Shown: positions 58,870-64,000 of the stretch, in pieces | Layout of the letters: each line of letters opens with the position of its first letter | Numbering within the stretch: the stretch's first letter is position 1 | DNA from: an uncultured Spirochaetota bacterium | GTDB taxonomy: Bacteria > Spirochaetota > Spirochaetia > SZUA-6 > Fen-1364 | Length of the DNA: 64,000 bases | NCBI GenBank assembly: GCA_963781885.1 | Contig: CAWAHW010000002.1 | Span: 128,001-192,000, forward strand | Reading direction: 5' to 3' | The notes under the pieces: generated by a model | The model's database searches: none | Seen by the model: only the letters and a program-made list of their open reading frames with translations | What the model was told of the DNA's origin: nothing | Made by a program: the position numbers and the translations under genes

Positions 58870-60075
58870 ATGCCGATAACAAGTGCACACGTGATTGCTG
58901 CGGCGCGGGCTCATCGCGACGCGACCGCCCGGACTCTCTCCTCCATCGTGCAAATACCCTCCTTCAGCGGCAAGGAGGAGGCGGTGTGCCGGAAGATCGC
59001 CGCGCTCTGCACGGAGGCGGGCCTGGACGAGGTCCGCATCGACGGGCTGGGTAATGTGATTGCCCGCGTCGGCAAAGGGCCGCGGAAGATCGTCTTTGAC
59101 GCGCACATCGACACCGTCGGGGTGGGGGACCCGTCGCGCTGGGCCACCGATCCGTTCTCCGGTCTCATCCGCGACGGGCTGGTGCTCGGCCGCGGCACGT
59201 CGGATCAGAAAGGCGGAGCCGCGGCCATGATCGCGGCGGCCCGCATCCTGAAAGAGACCGGCTATGACGGGGTATTCAGCGTCTACTTCACCTTCACGGT
59301 GCTGGAGGAGGACTGCGACGGCCTGTGTTGGCGCTACCTCATCGAGAAGGAGGGGCTGCGGCCGCAATTCGCCGTCTCCACGGAGCCGACGAGCTGCCGC
59401 CTGTATCGCGGCCATCGCGGGCGGATGGAGATCGAGGCGCAGGTGCGGGGCATCTCCGCGCACGGCTCGGCGCCCGAGCGCGGGGAGAGCGCCGCCTACA
59501 AGACCGCCCGCGCGGCGCTCGCCGTGGAACGGATGAACGAGACGCTTGCCACGGACGAGTTCCTGGGCAAGGGGACGGCCGTGGTTTCCCGCATCGATGC
59601 GCACGGGCCCAGCCAGTGCGCGGTCCCCGATCAGGGCTCGCTCTACATCGACCGCAGGCTCACGTGGGGGGAGACCGCCGACCAGGCGCTCGCCCAAGTG
59701 CGGAACGCCATGGCAGGCGACGTGGAAAAGGTGGCCATGCCCCGGTACGAAGGCAGGGGATGGAACGGCGCGCGATACGACCAGGACCTGTATTTCCCGA
59801 CGTGGAAGATCGCGGAGGATCACCCGCTCGTCACAGGAGGCCGTGAGGCGTACCACGCGCTTTTCGGCCGGCAGCCCGAGGTCGGCAAGTGGACGTTCAG
59901 CACGAATTGCGTGGCCATTTGCGGCGTGCACGGGATCCCCTGCATCGGTTTCGGCCCCGGCGACGAGGACAAGGCCCACGCGCCGAACGAGCAGACGCGC
60001 ATTGATGACCTCGTGACCTGCAGCGCCTTCTACGCCATGCTCCCGCTCGTGCTGGAGGAGAGGAGCGGGGGCTGA
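58870..60075 (+). CDS. ygeY: YgeY-type M20 family hydrolase
   Basis: 'FDAHIDTVGVG', 'GRGTSDQKGG', 'EEDCDGLCW', 'YRGHRGRMEI', 'KWTFSTN', 'GFGPG...AHAPNE'. Confidence 0.9.
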   Translation: MPITSAHVIAAARAHRDATARTLSSIVQIPSFSGKEEAVCRKIAALCTEAGLDEVRIDGLGNVIARVGKGPRKIVFDAHIDTVGVGDPSRWATDPFSGLIRDGLVLGRGTSDQKGGAAAMIAAARILKETGYDGVFSVYFTFTVLEEDCDGLCWRYLIEKEGLRPQFAVSTEPTSCRLYRGHRGRMEIEAQVRGISAHGSAPERGESAAYKTARAALAVERMNETLATDEFLGKGTAVVSRIDAHGPSQCAVPDQGSLYIDRRLTWGETADQALAQVRNAMAGDVEKVAMPRYEGRGWNGARYDQDLYFPTWKIAEDHPLVTGGREAYHALFGRQPEVGKWTFSTNCVAICGVHGIPCIGFGPGDEDKAHAPNEQTRIDDLVTCSAFYAMLPLVLEERSGG

Positions 60076-60581
60076 ACGCGGAGATCCTTCGCCTCGCGCT
60101 CGATCGCTACCGGCTGGACATTCACGGCATCCACGGCATCGCGCACTGGGCGCGCGTCCTGGAGAACGGCCGCAGGCTCGCCGTGGTGACCGGCGCGGAC
60201 GGCGCCGTGCTCGAGCTCTTTGCCCTCTTTCACGACTCCTGCCGCAACGGCGACGGCCAGGACCCGGACCATGGCCCGCGCGCCGCGGCGCTGGTGGCGA
60301 GTCTGCGGGACAGCATCGCACTCGATCCTGCGCGGCTTTCCCACCTTGTCGAAGCCTGCCGGTGCCACACCTTCGGTGCCGTCGAATCGGCGCACGTCAC
60401 GGTGCTCACCTGCCTCGACTCCGACCGGCTGGACATTCCCCGTGTCGGCAAGCAGATCAAGCCCTGGCTCTTGTCAACCGATGCGGCGCGCGCGCCTGAC
60501 GTCATTGCATGGGCGACGGAGCGCGCCGAGCGCCTCGCGACCCCCGTACTGCTCGCAGAGGAGTGGGGGTGGCAGGGGTAA
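60072..60581 (+). CDS. HD-domain protein, probable CTG start
   Basis: Frame open upstream of the listed GTG: 'IHGIAHWARV...LFHDSCR...DHGPRAA...CLDSDRLD' (H...HD...D). Confidence 0.78.
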   Translation: MNAEILRLALDRYRLDIHGIHGIAHWARVLENGRRLAVVTGADGAVLELFALFHDSCRNGDGQDPDHGPRAAALVASLRDSIALDPARLSHLVEACRCHTFGAVESAHVTVLTCLDSDRLDIPRVGKQIKPWLLSTDAARAPDVIAWATERAERLATPVLLAEEWGWQG

Positions 60582-60655
60582 CCGTTCCTGCTCGCGCGCT
60601 GCCGCGCACAAAGCGCTGTGCCGGGGCGAAGGTTCATGACTTCTGATAAGGCCGA

Positions 60656-61911
60656 CTAACGTACGAGCACCTCCTTGAACCAGGGATAGATGACGTCGGC
60701 GGCAAATTGGATGTTGTTCATTGTGCAGTGTTGGTCGGCACCGTTTTCCGTCTTGAAGACGACATGTTTCTTTTCGCACTGGAGCGCATCATAGAATGCT
60801 TCCGCGGCGCGGCTCGCCTTCTCGCCTTCTCCCTCGGATTGGAGCGACAGGAATGGCGCCGTGATATGTCCGGCCAAGGGCATGATATCCCAGTCGCACT
60901 GGATCTTCTTCATGAATTCACCAAAGCTACGGGTATTGTTGGTCCAGTCCATCAGCGAAAAAACAAAGCGCGCATCATCCCGCTTTTTGGCGACCGGAGC
61001 GACAAGTTTATTCCAAGCATCTACCGAAAGGGTTTCCAACCGTGAGGCGATGAAACCACTGAATACGCCGGGCACCTGTTCCAGGGCTTCATCCAGCCAG
61101 TGTTTGAAATAGTTTGGCAATATCGCATTGACAGCCGCCGCCTTGATGCGCTTGTCGAAAGCCGCCGCCCTCGGCACCATGAAGCCGCCCAAACTCACCC
61201 CATAGACCCCAAGACAGGCCATGTCCACGTCCGGTCGGGTCTGACAGTAGTCCAGAACCGGGCCCAGCACATGTTCCCAGTCGTGGCGAAAGCACAACGT
61301 GGGATCCTGGTGCAATGCCCCGCGTTGTCCCGGTCCATGAAACACCATCACATTGAATCCGTATTCAAGCGCCTGTGGGCCCCCCCGATGAAGAACATCT
61401 CCTCTCCGGCGCCATCGCCGCCCCCATTGAGCACGATCGTAGCTCGCGGCTCGCTGTCATGCCCGCTGGTTTTGAAGAAATACCCCGGAAGTGTGGTCGA
61501 TTCATACGGAATGGCGATTTTTTCGCCATGGTAAGGACCATGTTCAAGCGCTTTGTCGAAGCAACGGATTGAATCGTGGTAGAGCCCTGCCTGCTCCTGG
61601 CTGCCCTGCGGCATGACGGCGAACTCGGCGGCTCGGAAATAATTCCAGGCCCGCAGATACGCGCGGCTGGCGGCAACCAGGTTGCCTTCTTTTTCAAAAC
61701 CGGACGCCAATTCTTCCGTCCGTATGGCCGTTTCCTTCCAGCCCGCCACCCATGCATCGAAGGTCTCACCGCGCGTCTTTATCAGGTTGGCCGCGTAATA
61801 GCACTCACCAACGCTGGCGGCTGAATACGGGGTATACCCCATCGCTCGGGTGAACCCAGCATCGAACACCTCTGACTTGAATACATTGAGGCGCAACATC
61901 ATCTGTTTCAT
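60656..61911 (-). CDS. alpha/beta hydrolase (FrsA/DHPON hydrolase-like), frameshift in G-run near 61383
   Basis: 'AYLRAWNYFRAAEF', 'IPYESTTLPGY', then 'GPGQ', nucleophile GVSLGG and C-terminal 'GADQHC'; SD AAGGAGG. Confidence 0.82.
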
Positions 61912-62032
61912 GGATTCCTCCTTGACGAGTCGTTGCTCTAGCGACTGTGTGTTGATTACACTGTAGCAAGACTGGCGGTGCCATTCAGCGACGAAGATGA
62001 TTGATGGGTCGCATAAGCAACAGGTGTCGAAC

Positions 62033-62686
62033 ATGTCCAAAGACAAGACGTCGCACGCTCGTATGACCAATAGCCGCAAGCTCGATCCGCGTATCGAACG
62101 CACCCAGGAAGCGCTCCGTGGTGCGCTCATGGCATTGATTGAGGAGAAAGGTTTTGACGCGATTTCGGTTCAGGATATCACCGAGCGTGCACGGCTTAAC
62201 CGTGCCACGTTTTACCTTCACTATGATGACAAGCAAGACCTGCTTGTTCGTGCGAGTGAAGCGGCCTTTGATCGTTTGATAGCGGAAGCCGGACCGATTG
62301 ATCGGGAGAACCTTGCTTTCCAGAAGCCACCACGGCAGGTTGTGCTTCTCTTTGAGCACATGGCAAAACACCGAAGGTTTTACCGATCGGTCCTCGGCAG
62401 ACCGGGAGAGCCGGCATTTGCTGCACGGGTGCACGAATACATCGCCACGTTTACGCAAAGGCGGACTGCCAGTTTGCACACCATCTACCCCGCGGCCGTT
62501 CCTATTCTGGATGATATCTTCATCAGCGAATATGTGACGGGGGCGCTGCTTGGCATAATAACCTGGTGGTTGGAAAACGACTTGCCGCGTTCACCAGAGT
62601 ACATGGCCGACCGATTTGGCTGGCTTAGCGCTGCCGGTACGTACCGGATGATGGGTATTGAGCCGCCAAGCCTTGACGCTGAATAG
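62033..62686 (+). CDS. TetR family regulator
   Basis: 'DPRIERT', 'EKGFDAISVQDITERARLNRATFYLHYDDK'. Confidence 0.92.
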   Translation: MSKDKTSHARMTNSRKLDPRIERTQEALRGALMALIEEKGFDAISVQDITERARLNRATFYLHYDDKQDLLVRASEAAFDRLIAEAGPIDRENLAFQKPPRQVVLLFEHMAKHRRFYRSVLGRPGEPAFAARVHEYIATFTQRRTASLHTIYPAAVPILDDIFISEYVTGALLGIITWWLENDLPRSPEYMADRFGWLSAAGTYRMMGIEPPSLDAE

Positions 62687-62824
62687 CACCTCGACGCGGC
62701 ATGCCGGTCGTTACCGTTGGGATTTCCATGCATGGAGATTTTCCCGGTTCGATGTTTCTCCGCTTGAGCGTCATAAATGAGGCGAATTTGCGAGGCCCGC
62801 GCTCTACACTTATACTGGGTGTGT

Positions 62825-63597
62825 ATGCCAACGTTGCGCAGATCGATCCTTCTTCCCCTCCTGGCCGTCATCTCCCTCGGATTTGCAGGCTGCGCGACAT
62901 TTTTCGGCCCACCGGGCAGCTTCGGCCGCGAGCCGTATCGATCTGCGGATGAGCTTCGCGCGCCGCTTTCCATGGAAGAGAAGGCCGTGCTCGCTTCCGC
63001 AAAGAGCCTGCTCGGCAGGGCCCCCGACTCCAGGGTCCGGGTGAACGGCAGGACATTCACGCTGGACTGCATCGGCACGGTGGCCGCCATATTCTGGGGG
63101 CCGGCTATGACATCATGAAGGATGCCGGCCGCTACGGCGGCGGCGGTGTGCGGAGCTTCTACGCCGAGCTTCAGGCAATGAGCGCCCTGCACCACGATCT
63201 GTACCCGCGGCCCGGCGACGTCGTGTTCTGGGACAACACCTACGACGCGAACGGGGATGGGGACCTCACGGACGACCCGCTCACGCACGTGGGCCTGGTG
63301 GTCGCGGTCGACGCCGACGGCACGATCCACTACGAGCACGAGCACCTCCGCAAGGGCGTGATCGTGGAAGTCATGAACCTCCTGCATCCCGATGAGTACG
63401 CCACCCCGGACGGCAAGATCGTCAATTCCGCGATGGCAGAGGCCCGCAAGATCAGGCCCGTGCATTGGGTCTCCGGGGACCTCTGGAACTCATTCGGAGA
63501 CGTGATCGGCAATGGGCGCCGCTTCGCCATTGCGGACGTTCGTCGGGATCCGCTCGCGGCCGTCCTGCTCGCCGTCGGGGCTCCCGCGTCCCCGTGA
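62825..63597 (+). CDS. CHAP/NlpC-P60-like lipoprotein peptidoglycan hydrolase, frameshift in G-run near 63098
   Basis: Lipobox FAGC, catalytic 'LDCIG', 'PRPGDVVFWDNTYD', 'THVGLV'. Confidence 0.75.
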
Positions 63598-63663
63598 CCG
63601 CGCCGTCAGCGGCGCCGGTGCTGCAATCTTGCCCCATTCCCGCCGCGGGAGTACCTTGGATCG

Positions 63664-64000
63664 ATGGAGAGGAAATTTCATGTCGCAGCGTCCGGGCGCA
63701 AGCTCGTCACGCTGATTCCCGGTGACGGCGTCGGCCCCGAGGTGATGACGGCGGCACAGAAAGTGATCGAGGCTGCCGGCGCGAAGGTGGAGTGGGAACG
63801 ACGCGAGGCAGGGGCAGGCGTCTTCAAGCAGGGCATCGCCTCCGGGGTGCCGGGCGACACCATCGAATCGATACGCAAGACGCGCGTCGTGCTGAAGGGT
63901 CCCCTGGAGACGCCCATCGGCTTCGGAGAGAAAAGCGCCAACGTCACCCTGCGGAAGCTGTTTGAAACCTACGCGAACATCCGGCCCGTGCGTGAGATGC
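63664..64000 (+). CDS. icd: Isocitrate dehydrogenase (Thermus-type), 5' part
   Basis: Not in the ORF track (no stop in window). MERKFHVAASGRKLVTLIPGDGVGPE...LKGPLETPIGFGEKSANVTLRKLFETYANIRPVRE. Confidence 0.9.
   Translation, partial: MERKFHVAASGRKLVTLIPGDGVGPEVMTAAQKVIEAAGAKVEWERREAGAGVFKQGIASGVPGDTIESIRKTRVVLKGPLETPIGFGEKSANVTLRKLFETYANIRPVREM

Noticed and set aside
3356-60321. Many long antisense or alternate-frame ORFs (e.g. 3356-5296, 5326-7194, 33990-35717, 50242-52062, 58462-60321)
   Set aside because: Shadows of real genes in high-GC DNA: Arg/Ala/Pro/Gly-rich, no family motifs.
1-64000. CRISPR arrays, tRNA/rRNA, IS elements, prophage
   Set aside because: No regularly spaced repeats, structural RNA signatures, or transposase/integrase/phage structural ORFs were seen; the only long repeat is the BMC-H duplication.

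Overview
High-GC bacterial chromosomal segment with about 58 genes and no rRNA, tRNA, CRISPR array or transposase visible. A Spirochaetota (Spirochaetia) host is inferred only weakly, from the 'MKK...FANGGAE' type binding-protein signal peptide. About 12 single-base frameshifts in otherwise intact genes suggest an unpolished long-read assembly. Contents in order: YtrA/GntR-ABC operon; URO-D-like gene; ygfK-ssnA-acyl-CoA ligase; HEPN-MNT toxin-antitoxin pair; cysteate synthase + alpha-oxoamine synthase + SDR operon (capnine/sulfonolipid-like); an unusual signalling locus; GntR-SPFH-ABC2 operon; PadR-methyltransferase; a sugar-phosphate-type (DeoC/RpiB) bacterial microcompartment locus; an IclR-linked rare-pentose uptake and catabolism cluster; a 2-hydroxyacyl-CoA dehydratase activator fusion; ygeY; a low-GC TetR/hydrolase islet; and the start of icd. 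The best candidate for an undescribed system is the signalling locus at 13993-22544. There a degenerate sugar-ABC ATPase domain is fused to PAS and histidine kinase domains and sits beside an ATPase-less AraF/AraH pair and an NtrC-type sigma54 activator. A canonical sigma54 promoter with two upstream palindromes precedes a second, complete sugar ABC importer. The inference is an ABC transporter repurposed as a receptor.
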